Source: Octopus sinensis
Lineage: Eukaryota
Length of the DNA: 64,000 bases
Assembly: GCF_006345805.1 (NCBI RefSeq)
Contig: NC_042998.1
Coordinates: 153,636,001 to 153,700,000 of the forward strand
Direction of reading: 5' to 3'
The notes beneath the pieces were generated by a model that saw nothing but the letters and a program-made list of their open reading frames with translations, was not told where the DNA came from and searched no databases. The stretch's first letter is position 1, and each line of letters opens with the position of its first letter. The position numbers and the translations under genes are program-made. Positions 13,264-26,099 of the stretch are shown in pieces.

Positions 13264-16200
13264 CAGAAATATGCAGACATAGTGCGTAATGCCCCAACAA
13301 GGAGAAGGCGCACATTTGCAGAGGAAATGCAGACGGCGGCAGCAGAACAAAGAAATTTTGTGGAAATAGCAGAGAAAATTGTGGGACAACTGGCCTGGTA
13401 CATCGTCTTCAGAGCCAGGGGCACTCACAACAGCACTCAAGACCACCACAATCAAGGGACCCAGGGTGGCCACCACTGACACCAGCCCAGGTGCCACAAC
13501 GTCAGCCTTTATTGACACCCCAAATATCTCACCAGTGCTTCTGCTGAATGTCAGAGGTCTGGTGAAACCCACTAATATGAGTAAAATTCCTTACCTTAGG
13601 GACTTAAGCACAAGCACCATGCAATATGCATAGCGCTGACTGAAACGCACCTGTCAAGCAGTATAGCAGATGCAGAAATACACATACCAAAGTATACTGT
13701 TTTTCGGTCAGACAGGAAGGAAAGAACTCATGGTGGGGTTGCCCTGTACGTCCGTGAAGATGTCACACCCATAGTACTGTTGACACACTCAAACTCAGTC
13801 TGTGACACACCTGATAGTACACATGAAACAACCGAAAATAGTATATGTGTCACATATCAGCCACCAGACACCCCTAGTCATGAAGGAGTGTTTGAAGATA
13901 GCCTCAGAAGAATAGAAGAGTCCTGGACAAACTGGACCAGGGTAACACCATTCTACTGCTGGGAGATTTTAACCTTCCGAAAGTCAAATGGCCAGATGGC
14001 CATCTCCTCCCTGGAATGACATCACTTGAACAGAGACAGACAGAGTCCTTGTTGGCTCTCACACGCAAGTTTTTCATGAACAAGCAGTGCTTCGGCCAAC
14101 AAGAGGTGAGAATGTCTTGGACCTCTGTTTCACAAGCAACCCGATGCTCATCCACAACATAATGGTAACACAAACAATTCTCTCAGATCACACTTAGTAG
14201 AGGTAATGATATATGGTATGAGAGAGTTAGCTGAGACGCAGCCATTAGAAAATACCACGGCCTATCCAGTCTAAACTTCCATAAGGCAAACTGGAAGAAG
14301 ATCAACGAGAGATCCGAAAACATGACTGGAGTGACTTCATCACCACACAAGACACCAACACACATTTCCAACATTTCATGACAACAATACAGAACATATG
14401 CCATAAGTTTGTCCCGGAGAAAACGTTATTCCCAGAGACAGGAAAATACTTATGAGGCGAAGAGCTAAGCTCTCGAAGCAACTGAATGCACGGCAGAGAA
14501 ACAATGAGGGACTCCACCTAAAACCTTTTGAAACGGAAACTGCACTCAAACTTTCCTATGAGAAGGAGAGGGCAGAGAGAGAAGCCAGGGCCATAGAGAA
14601 TATTAAAACAAACCCTAAAGCCTTCTTTAAATTTGCGAAAGAAACCACCTCGGTACACTGCAAGATTGGCCCCACTCTTTGATAAAAAGGGCTCTCTAAC
14701 TGAGGACCCCCAAGGGATAAGTGAAATACTAAAGGAACAGTATATAAAAGTGTGTTCACATCCCCTCTGGGGCACATGCAAATCACAAACCCAGAAGTTT
14801 TCTTTGATGCCACAACACTCCAAAACCAAACAACAACCATCGACCACATAGACATAACAGAGAGGGATGTAATATCTGCCATAGAAGAAATGAGAATAAA
14901 CTCAGCTGCTGGACCAGATGGATTCCCAGCAGTCCTCCTATAAACATGCAGGCATGCCCTAGCGGGACCACTGAAGAAGCTCTTCAGTGGTTCCTTGGCT
15001 AACGGTAAACTGCCCAGGGCGCTAAAAGAAGGCACCATATGCCCTATCCACAAAGGAGGAGTAGAGCAGAGCCAAAAACTACAGGCCAGTCTCCCTGACG
15101 TCACACATAAGTAAGGTCATGGAACGAATCATCAGAAAAAAACTGATCACGTTCCTCGAAGAAACTAACCGTCTCACTGACACACAGCATGGCTTTCGCC
15201 CAGGAAGAAGCTGCCTTACGCAGCTGTTACAACACTACGACTGGGTACTGAAACAACTACTGGGTCGCTCACAGGTGGATGTGGTATATCTCAACTTTGC
15301 GAAGGCCTTTGACAAAGTCGACCACGGAGTGATATGTCACAAATTACTCAGACTCGGCATAACAGGAAAAGTAGGTGAGTGGATACATGACTTCCTGAAG
15401 GACAGAAGCCAGATGGTTGCAGCCAATGGAGCCCTCTTGGGAAAGACACCAATAGCAGCGGGGTGCCACAGGGCACAGTCTTGGGACCCTTGCTGTTTTT
15501 GGTGGCGCTCTCTGACATGCCCTTGGTAGCACAAACAACATCCCTCACTAGCTATGCTGATGACACAAGGTAGCACAGGCAATCAAAAACCCAGCTGATG
15601 CTGACTTTTACAACAAGATCTGGATGCCATATACAAATGGGCTGAAGACAACAACATGCAATTTAATGCTGGTAAATTTCAAGCCTTACAATATCAAGCT
15701 GTAAACACATATACATTACAACACAACTATACTGGTCCAGGAGGGATCGAAATCCCAGTATCGAAATCAATACGGGACCTGGGGATAGACATGAGTGACG
15801 ATGCATCTTTTTCTTCACACATCGCGAAGGTGGCGACAATGTGCAGACGACTCACTGGCTGGATCCTGAGGACATTCGGACAAGAGACTGCGAGACCATG
15901 TTGACACTATGGAGGACATTTGTCCTAAGCCGCCTGGACTACTGCTCCCAACTGTGGTCACCGCATAGTGTCAAACTAACCAAAGAGCTTGAGACAATCC
16001 AAAGACATTTCACCAAGAGGATTTCCACCATGAAAAAAACTATTGGGAGAGGCTTAGGGAACTCAATTTGTACTCCTTGGAACGAAGACGAGAGAGATAT
16101 GCAGTGATATACATATGAAAATCCTGGAGGGACTAGCACCAAATTTTGGAATTGAGAGCTGTTCCAATCCCCGTACAGGAATGTCACTGTGTGGTGCCAA

Positions 16201-16517
16201 AGGTCCCGTCTTCCACATCCAGGTAAGGAGCAGATACTGTAAGCCTGGGGTTCAGGGGCCCTCAGCTGTTCAACAAACTGCCAGAAAACTAAGAGATCTA
16301 CATGATGCGGATGTGGACATTTTCAAAAAACATCTAGACACGCTGCTTTCCGGGATCCCAGATGAACCCACTGCAAGGTACGAAGTACCTAAGGGCAGCA
16401 GCTACAAACTCTCTCTTTAGATCAGTGCCAGCCACGGCAAACCGGACTTAGAGAAATTAGCAACAAGGCGGTGCCCCAGCATGGCCTCAGCCGGATGGCT
16501 GAACAAGTAAAGAGTAA
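13264..16517 (+). mobile_element. CR1-group LINE family B: ORF1 end, APE endonuclease, RT, 3' tail; heavily frameshifted
   Basis: APE motifs LLLNVRGL, ALTETHL, RSDRKERTHGGVALYV. RT motifs QHGFRPGRSCLTQLL, VYLNFAKAFDKVDH, SYADDT. C-terminal LDYCSQLWSP. Confidence 0.92.
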
Positions 16518-16637
16518 TATATATATATATATATAATATATATATGTATATACATATATATATATATATATGTGTATTGATATATATATATATTATATAT
16601 GTTATATATATATATATATATATATGTGTTATATATC

Positions 16638-16693
<56 letters not shown>

Positions 16694-16740
16694 TATATAT
16701 ATAATATATTCTATATATATATATATGTATGTATATATAT

Positions 16741-16771
<31 letters not shown>

Positions 16772-16818
16772 TTATGTATATATATATATATATATATGAT
16801 ATATATTATATATGTATA

Positions 16819-16861
<43 letters not shown>

Positions 16862-16874
16862 TGTATATAATATA

Positions 16875-16912
<38 letters not shown>

Positions 16913-17034
16913 GTAATATCTATATATATATATATATATATATATAATGTATTATATATATGTTATTATATATATATATAATATATATATATATATGTAT
17001 ATATATATATGTATATATATATATGTATATATAA

Positions 17035-17077
<43 letters not shown>

Positions 17078-17091
17078 TATATATATGTCTA

Positions 17092-17128
<37 letters not shown>

Positions 17129-17132
17129 TATA
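16518..17132. repeat. (TA)n microsatellite
   Basis: Direct reading. Confidence 0.97.
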
Positions 17133-19946
17133 TGATTTGATTTTGATTTTGATTTTTCCAGTTTCAGCTTATGAGCTGTGGCCATGCTGGGGCACCGCCA
17201 TTTGGTGTTGCTACTTGGTTCACTTCATGAAGGCTTTCTAGCAGCTGCATTGGTGCATGAGAGAGTTCGATGCAGCTGCCCTCATCTGCCCCTCCTGCCG
17301 TGAAGTTGGTTCATCTGGGACACCTGACAGGAAGAGATCCAGCTTCATTTTAAGACATCTGTATCCACCCCATGCAGGTCTCTCAGGTTCTTCGGAGATA
17401 TTGAAGAGCTGTTCTGGCATTTGCGTAATCTCGATGCCAAGTTCAGGACACTTCCCTCCAGGATCTTCAAGATGTATATTATGGCATATCTTTCCGCCTA
17501 CGCTCCAGGGAATATAATTTTAATTTCCTGAGTCTTTCCCAGTAGCTTACATTCTGCATAGAGGCTATCTTCTTCGTGTAGCTTCGTTGGATCGCCTCGA
17601 GCTCTGTGATCAACTTGACACTGGATGGTGATCATAGCTGAGAGCAGTAGTCAAAGTGCTTAGGACAAGTGTCCTCCAGAGGACCATCATGGTTTCTTGT
17701 TCTCTTGTTCTAAGGTTCTGAGGATCCATCCGCCAGTCGTCTACATTTCATTGCCAATTTAGCAACATGTACACGAAAGGTCGCGTCATCACTCATGTAA
17801 TACCTAGGTCACGCACTGATTGTGCCTCTGGGATTGCTATTCCTCCGGGTCCAGTGTATTCATTGGGTATTGCATTTGGTTTTGCATGCTGATAGTATAG
17901 AGCTTGAAACTTTTCAGCATTGAACTGCATGCTATTCTTTTCGGCCCACTTGTATATTTTGTCTAGCTCACATTGCAGGTGTTTAGTGTCCTCAGGGTTC
18001 GTGGCTCTCTGCGTGGCTGAGGGCATGTCTGAGAGGGCCATTATGAACAGTAGTGGTCCCAGAACAGTGCCCTGCGGAACACCGCTCACTATTTGCGTGT
18101 TAATGGAAGTGGCCCCATTGGCCACTACCACCTGACTTCTATCTTTCAGAAAGTCATGAAGCCATTCTCCCAGTTTTCCAACTATGTTGAGATCACGCAG
18201 TTTGTGACATATCATTCCATGATCGACTTTATCAAAGGCCTTTGCAAAGTCGAGATATATCACTTCCACATTTGAGTGGTTGAGCAGCCGTTTCAGCACC
18301 CAGTCATAGTGTTGTAGGAGCTGAGTTAAACAGCTTCTCCCTGGTCGGAAACCATGTTGGGTGTCGGGCAGCAAGTCATTCTCTTCAAGTCCTTCTATTC
18401 GTTCCATGACCTTGCTGATGTGTGAGGTCAGAGAGATAGGTCTATAGTTCTTGGCTTCCGCTCTGCTACCTCCTTTATGAATGGGGCATATTTTACCTTC
18501 CTTCAGTTTTCCTGGAAGTTTGCAGCTGCAAGGAAGCTCTGAAAGAGGAACTGCAGTGGTCTTGCTAGGACTCTCTTACATGCTTTTAGGAGGATTGCCG
18601 GGAATCCATCGGGGCCAGTAGCTGAGTCTGTTTTCATTTCATCTATAGCCTTGATTACATCGTCCTCCTTTATATCGATGTAATCTATCGTCGCCGCCTC
18701 TGATTTTATATCTGCAGTGGTAAAAAAAGTCAGTTGGATTGGTGATTTGAGATGCCCAAGGGGTGGAGTGAAAACACTCTTGAATTGCTCATTCAGTATT
18801 TCACTTACCCTCATTGGTTTACTTGTAAGTGTGCCATCCTTTTCGAGGAGTGGCCCTGTTCTACAGTGCACCATAGCTGTTTCTTTGGCATACCTGTAGA
18901 AAGCTCTGGGGTTAGATTTTATGTTGTCTATAGCCCAGGCTTCTTTGTCTGCTCTTTCTTTTTCATGAGAGAGTTGCAGACATTTTTCGATTTCCAACAG
19001 TTTTATTTTTAGGCGGGACTTTTCACTGCTTTCAATCTGTTTGCTTAGGCGATTTGAAAATTTTGTACGCCGTCTCATTAAAATTTTCCTCTCTCTGGGG
19101 ATTTTGTTCTTGTGTACAGTGGCCTTTCTCTCTGGGACATATTTGTAGCATATGGCTTGCATTACAGACATGAATTGTTGAAGTTTCACGTCGATGTCTG
19201 GCGAGGAGAGACATTTAGGCCAGTTTTTTTTGAGGATCTCTTTCTCAATTTGTTTCCAGTTTGCCTTATGGTAGTTCAAGCTGGAAAGATTCTGGGGGTT
19301 TCTTGTAGGCTGCATGTCCGTGCTCTGTTTTGGCCCGTACATGGTCAGCTCTATCATGTTGTGATCCGAGAGTAGTGTCGGTGTCACTTTCACATTATGG
19401 ATGAGATCCATGTCATTTGTGAAGCAGAGATCCAGTGTGTTACCTGCCCTGGTTGGTTGGAGTATTACCTGCTCCATGTACAGGGTGTTGATAGAGGTTC
19501 AGGAGGGACCTCGCCTGTCCTCGTTCACATCTTGTCATTCCTGGGAGAGAAAGGCCCTCGGGCCATCTGACATTTGGCAGATTGAAGTCTCCCATAAGAA
19601 GTACACTTATGTGTTGTTCTAATGTGGTTAGAACTTCTTCTATTTTTATAAGGCAGTCTTCAAACTTGCCCACATGGCTTGGGGCATCTGGAGGGCGATA
19701 TGTAGCACACACAACTACATTAAGTTGCCTAATATGTACAATTAGTGTGTCACACACCGAGTTTGAGTATGACAAGAGGACCTGGGGTGTGAGGTGCTCA
19801 CGGATGTACATAGCAACACCTCCATGACTCCTTTCTTTCCTGTCGGTCCGTAGTACAGCATACTGTGGTATGTGTAACTCCGCATCTGCTATATCCGGTT
19901 TCAGGTGCGTTTCCGTTAGTGCTATGCATAAGGCTTGATTGCATGC
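17133..19946 (-). mobile_element. CR1-group LINE family A, most of ORF2 (APE + RT), inactive
   Basis: [31 protein letters not shown] (ORF 19440..20282), ORF 18503..19477, and RT ORF 17793..18407. In the RT, GVPQGTVLGPLLF runs into ATQRATNPEDT with the YADD motif deleted. A ~90 bp deletion near 17410 is seen relative to the 5367 copy. Confidence 0.92.
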
Positions 19947-20407
19947 ATATATACATATATATACATATACATACATATACATATACATACATATACATAT
20001 ACATATATATATACATATACATATATATACATATACATACATATACATATATATACATATATATACATATACATACATATACATATATATATATACATAT
20101 ATATACATATACATATATATATACATATACATATATATACATGTACATATATATACATATACATATATATACATATATATACATACATATATACATACAT
20201 ATATATATACACATATATATATATACACATATATATACATACATATATACATACATATATATATACAATATATAATATACACATATATATATATATATCA
20301 CATATATATATATATACACATATATACATACATATATATATACACATATATATATATACACATACATATATATACACATATATATATATATACATATATA
20401 CATATAT

Positions 20408-20467
<60 letters not shown>

Positions 20468-20569
20468 ATATATATATAATATATCCGTATACATATATAT
20501 ATATTATATATATATATATAATATATATATATATACGATATATTTATATATATATATATATTGTATATG

Positions 20570-20646
<77 letters not shown>

Positions 20647-20833
20647 CGTATATATTTATATATATATATATATATACGTATATATTTATTATATATATAT
20701 ATATATGTATATGTATATATATATATATGTGATATATATATATTAATATACGTATATATTTAATATATATATATAGGTTATGTATATATTTATATATATA
20801 TATATATGTATATATTTATATATTATATATATA

Positions 20834-20904
<71 letters not shown>

Positions 20905-21149
20905 TATATATATACACATATATACATACATATATATACACCATATATATATATACACATACAGATATATACACATATATATATATATATACATATATAC
21001 ATATATACACATATATATATATATATTATATATATATATATATAAATATACATATACATATATATATAAAAATATATACGTATACATATATATAATATAT
21101 ATATATATATATTATATATATATATATACGTATATATTTATATATATAT

Positions 21150-21184
<35 letters not shown>

Positions 21185-21399
21185 GTATACTATATTATAT
21201 ATATATATATCTATATATATATATATATACGTATATATTTAATATATATATATATATACGTATATCTTTATATATATATATATATGTATATGTATATATA
21301 TATCTATATATGTATATATATATATATATATATACGATATATTTATATATATATATAGGGTAATGTATATATTATATATATATATATATGTATATATGT

Positions 21400-21458
<59 letters not shown>

Positions 21459-21587
21459 ATATATATATATGTGTGTCTATATATATATAGAGTGTGTATA
21501 TATCTATATAATATATATATCTATACATATATCTATATATATATGTATATATATATATATATATCTATTATATAGGTGTGTAAAATG

Positions 21588-21646
<59 letters not shown>
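19947..21646. repeat. ~1.7 kb (TA)n/(CATA)n microsatellite
   Basis: Direct reading. Confidence 0.97.
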
Positions 21647-21649
<3 letters not shown>

Positions 21650-22645
21650 GTGAGGGAAGATGGAGCTGAACGAAGATTCTACAAAATTCCTTTTTATTAT
21701 TTTCTACACATGTTTCAAAGGCTGCAAATTCCCTAATTCGGATTGAATAAGGAGACCATTTTGCAGCTTTCTCTTCAGGAAAATCCAGGAAATAAAATCT
21801 CCAAACTAATGCGCAGCAAGCTTTTCGAACAAAACTCTCCCTAGGAGCCCATGGTATGAATGGCACAAAACTCTCTCAATATGCGTTGACTTCAGGGTGG
21901 GTGAAGGCCGACGAAAAAGTCCGTTGAAATAATTCGAGGTCAAATTCCGGTCAAATTTGCTAGGGGAAGAATTACAGAAAACCAAAGAGGGTGAATATTT
22001 TCTGTATAACTAGTGTTAATGTTCGAATTGTTTTAAGAATGAAAGCTATCTTATTTGGGTGTGAGAAACTACCTACATGTATGTGTGTGCGCGCCTGTGT
22101 ATGTGTGGCAGTATGTTAGGAAGCAGCTAGAGAGAAAATATATTGCAGATCTTGTTGGTCAAGCGGCTGATAAAAACCTGTGTCTGTGTGTTCGTCTGTG
22201 ACCAGTTTATAGACAGATGCCTTGTCAAACAAGGGGAGAATAATCCCTGATATTGTTTCTAAATAAGTAGCAGATCATACGCTAAAAGGGGAGTAATTTC
22301 CCCTTTCAAATTTAATTCAAAATTTTTTTCCAAATTTTTTCCCAAAATTTTTTTCTTTTCTTAGGACATCAAGGTGTTAATTATCTTAGGCTTCAATTGT
22401 ATGCCGCCTCCAGTGGGGACATCTAAAAGAGTTTTGCAAAATCGCGTTAACTAGCTGCCCTCGGGCGAACAAAATGTGAAAAAGTTCAGAGTTGCAGAGA
22501 TTACAGATTCTTTTGCCTCTATCAAACGGTACAGACACCGATAAAATCGACCATTCCAGTCTAAATGCTGAATTCGCGTTCTTCAAACGCCAGATTAATT
22601 TACTTAGTCCGGTCGCGTGTTGTTTTCTAAAATCGCGAAATGTTG
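21647..22645 (-). mobile_element. Penelope-like element (PLE) remnant: GIY-YIG C-terminus, non-coding spacer, then an ORF N-terminus-like segment
   Basis: ORF 22386..22715 has [17 protein letters not shown]...WSIL...ICNLCNSE...FRCPH, typical of the PLE endonuclease tail. ORF 21504..21866 has RESFVRKACCALVWRFYFL, resembling a PLE N-terminal FIxRxRWxxxF motif (weaker call). Confidence 0.72.
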
Positions 22646-22755
22646 TATATATATGTATATATATATATATATATGTGTGTGTACATATATATATATTATA
22701 TATATATCTGTACATATATATATATATCTGTACATATATATATATAATATATATG

Positions 22756-22824
<69 letters not shown>

Positions 22825-22920
22825 TATATATGTGTACATATATATATATATATCTGTACATATATATATATATATGTATATATATATGTATATATATATG
22901 TATATATATATATATGTATG

Positions 22921-22951
<31 letters not shown>

Positions 22952-23151
22952 CTATATATATATATATATATAATATATATATATATAGAAATAATTGTTA
23001 TCGCCATATTAATATGGCATTCTTATAGAAATAAGAATAATCGCTGCTGCTGGTCAGCTCCATGAGGCCACCGCCATCAAGATAGCTATTGATACACGAC
23101 TGTATCCATTATAACCTTCAAACAAGGGAGGTCAGCCGCTTCACACTGCCA

Positions 23152-23211
23152 GTCTGACAGCTACAGACACGTTTCGGGGTATTGCCCCTTTTCAATGTAG
23201 CGCAGTCAGAC
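23152..23211 (-). ncRNA. Type I hammerhead ribozyme, U3-A8 core variant, extended stem I
   Basis: Minus strand reads GTCTGAC-TGC-GCTACA | TTGAAAA | GGGG-CAATA-CCCC | GAAA | C-GT-G | TC | TGTAGC-T-GTCAGAC. Predicted cleavage is 3' of GUC, between 23166 and 23165. Confidence 0.85.
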
Positions 23212-23487
23212 CGCAGGTGTCGCCACTGACGTCTCTGTTCGAAAGTTATATTTACCTAGTTTCAGTGGAATACATCCACTTGTTTTCAATAATAGAAATA
23301 TTAAAATTACGAATTCTCTATAATAGAGATTGTAGCAGCGTTTACTGGAAATTAATTGTTATCGCCATATTAATATGGCATTCTTATAGAAATAAGAATA
23401 ATCGCTGCTGCTGGTCAGCTCCATGAGGCCACCGCCATCAAGATAGCTATTGATACACGACTGTATCCATTATATATATATTATATA

Positions 23488-23525
23488 TACATTGAAAAGG
23501 GGCAATACCCCGAAACGCGTCTGTA
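23488..23525 (+). ncRNA. Type I hammerhead ribozyme, second (inverted) copy, 5'-truncated in stem I
   Basis: TACA | TTGAAAA | GGGG-CAATA-CCCC | GAAA | C-GC-G | TC | TGTA. Palindromic ACGCGT stem III. Predicted cleavage after 23521. Confidence 0.78.
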
Positions 23526-23631
23526 GCTGTCGGACTGGCAGTGTGAAGCGGCTGACCTCCCTTGTTCGAAGGTTATAATGGATACAGTCGTGTATCAATA
23601 GCTTTCTTTATAACGAGAAATTTAGTACATG

Positions 23632-25440
23632 TTTTTTATTTATTTATTCTTTTTTTTTTAAACAAAAAAAAATCATTATACATTATAACATATGTAAAAT
23701 GAAAAGGAATGGGAAGTGCCGGTTTCGAATTTTGAACCCGGCAGCCTATAAATCCCAGCAACTAATTTTTCCTTTCCTCGATGATTAAGCTGGGTTACTC
23801 TTTCTGTGGCAGGCTCCTCTTCTCCAGCCCCATCTTTTTCTTCAGATGATATCTGAAGTATTTTAACACACCGGGGCCAGAGACAAAGGACCCTGTCACT
23901 AGACCTCCCATTCTGGTTCTCCACACACTCTTTCAGTAATGCCACCATACAGTAAAAACAAGCCTTACCTTCCTTTGAGAGTCCAGTTGGCGGTATCATC
24001 TTTATCATAGATCCAGCCGACAGCTGTACTCGTCCCAGATGCGACAACACGTGTTCAACGTAACTTATCAAGCCTGAACGGTTTCATCGTCCAAACCATA
24101 TCTTGGACACGTCGGTGGCACTGACATTCCATGCCTGGATAACTAATCGCGAACAGGTAATGCATTCCTATAGTCAGGGATTTTTGGTAATTGTCCAAAT
24201 ACCCCGACCTGAAAGTCTTCTTAAACAGGTTGGAGAGTTGGTTCTCATCGAACCCCAGAGCCCCTCCTAGGACGTCGTCATTTTTTGCCTCTACCAGCCA
24301 TCTATAGAACACCGAGGTGGTACTCCCACTGCCGGCCTTGCCCACCTTGTGGATCAGCCAGAGTGCCCATCGGCACTCCTTCTGCCATAAAGTCAGGTTA
24401 CGTCTTTTATTGAAACCGGGTTTGAATCTCTCCATAGAGGCCAGTCGCGGGAAGAGTTCCTCTGCCAGCGGACTCCACACCTTATCACCCTCTAGGTGAC
24501 ACCAGACATGTCTCAGCCTCAATGCATGCTTGCGCATCATTAGCCAAGGCATCCCCAGCCCACCCTTTAGCGGTTCCTGGCAACACACGGAGCGTCTCAC
24601 AAGTGGCTTTCCTCCCCTCCACAAAAAGCGGAAAAGGAGTCGTTCCAACTTGCTTAACCACGAATTGGGGCAAGGCACGACGGTCAGGCGGTAGGTGATG
24701 ACAGACGCTATAAACATCTGTGCCACCTCCGCTCTCCCTTTCAAGGAAAGATGCCTTCCGGACCACTTCCATACTATAGCTTCTACCTTGTTCGCTATCT
24801 CGCTCCGTCTGGGAGTATGGAACAAACCAAACGCCGAGCAATTTAACAAGACCATCTGTCCAGTGTCCAACAACATTGGACAATATCGGCTTGTTCCTCC
24901 AGGTGCCGAGGCGCAAACTGGTGGTCTTGTCCTTGTTAACTTTTGCCCCTGCCACCGCTTCGTATCTTCGGAGAGCACCTTCTACCTGAGGTAGCTGTGC
25001 TTCGATGGACACGATGAGGGTGACATCATCCGCATAGGCAGAAACAGACTTACCGCATCCGATTTCATTAGGGTTGCCTCCCAACTTCTCCAACTTCCGC
25101 AGCAATGGCTCAAGAGCCAAAACATACAGGAGCCGGGACAAGGGACACCCTTGACGAACTGAACGGTTGATCGAAAACGGCTCCATTAGGTAACCGTTTA
25201 TCTGGACTGTGGACTTGATGCCGCTGTACATAGCTGAGATCCACCCGCAGAAGACAGGGCCCAGCCCAGCCGCCCCGAGGACCGCCGCCAAGTACCGATG
25301 GTCTACCCTATCCAACGCTTTACTTTGGTCTAAATGGACCAATGCCCCTCCTTTGCCGGCTAATTTCCCGGAGAAGGTGAAGATTATCCTGAATTGACCT
25401 GCCTTAGATTGCACATGCTTCCTAGGGCTAAACAGCGGTG
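23632..25440 (-). mobile_element. Tx1/L1-like non-LTR retrotransposon, 5'-truncated RT and C-terminus, A-rich tail
   Basis: ORF 24485..25414: LDQSKALDRVDH, VRQGCPLS, SAYADDVT. Frameshifts into ORF 24055..24978 (WSGRHLSLKGR, GGLGMP). A-rich tail at 23632-23660. Confidence 0.88.
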
Positions 25441-26099
25441 GTGTAATCCCCTACTGTCACGTTCACATTAGATTGACAGTATACAACCGTTCTATATATA
25501 TATACTTTTACACAAAAAAATATATAGACATACATGCATACATGCTTACATAAATCGATGCATGCATGATTACATCCATGTATACATGCATGCATACATG
25601 CACACTGACAACCATGGAGCCGGTTTTATTTCAGAGTTATCCCAGTTACCTCAGTTAACTTTTCCTATAAGGATGCCCTATTAAAGGCTAGAAGTCCTTC
25701 ACTCCCAATGGGTTAAAAGCGCGATCGGGTATTTAGTCTGATCATTTCTTTGTCATCGCGCATGATACAGCCTAATCACATTTATTGGATGGCCGTTGAA
25801 ACGGGAACAAAATTACATTGTTGATTATTAATGAACTTTTTACACATTAGTGACATGATGTAAATATGTGTATTTGTATGCATGTATGTATGTATGGCAG
25901 CAGCAACAGCAGCTGCTGCCATTACTACTGCTATTACTATTGCCTCTGCTACTGCTGATAGTGATATTGCTGCTGCTACTACAACTGCTGCTGATGATGA
26001 TGATGGATATCAGTGGTTGAAAATAAACATAAAATAAACGTAGGAAAAAGAATGAAAAACCTAATAATAATTTAACATTACTTGAAAAGGTAGTGGGTA

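Larger units (their letters stand above)
22990..23603. mobile_element. PLE pLTR / retrozyme-like element with direct and inverted repeats
   Basis: Direct repeat 22993-23113 / 23354-23474 (offset 361 bp). Inverted repeat 23084-23199 / 23488-23603. Contains hammerhead motifs. Confidence 0.8.

Noticed and set aside
21870-21930. CTGAAG-TCAA..TTGA-GAGA (minus strand) in the PLE spacer as a hammerhead
   Set aside because: The core is incomplete and no stem I pairing was found.
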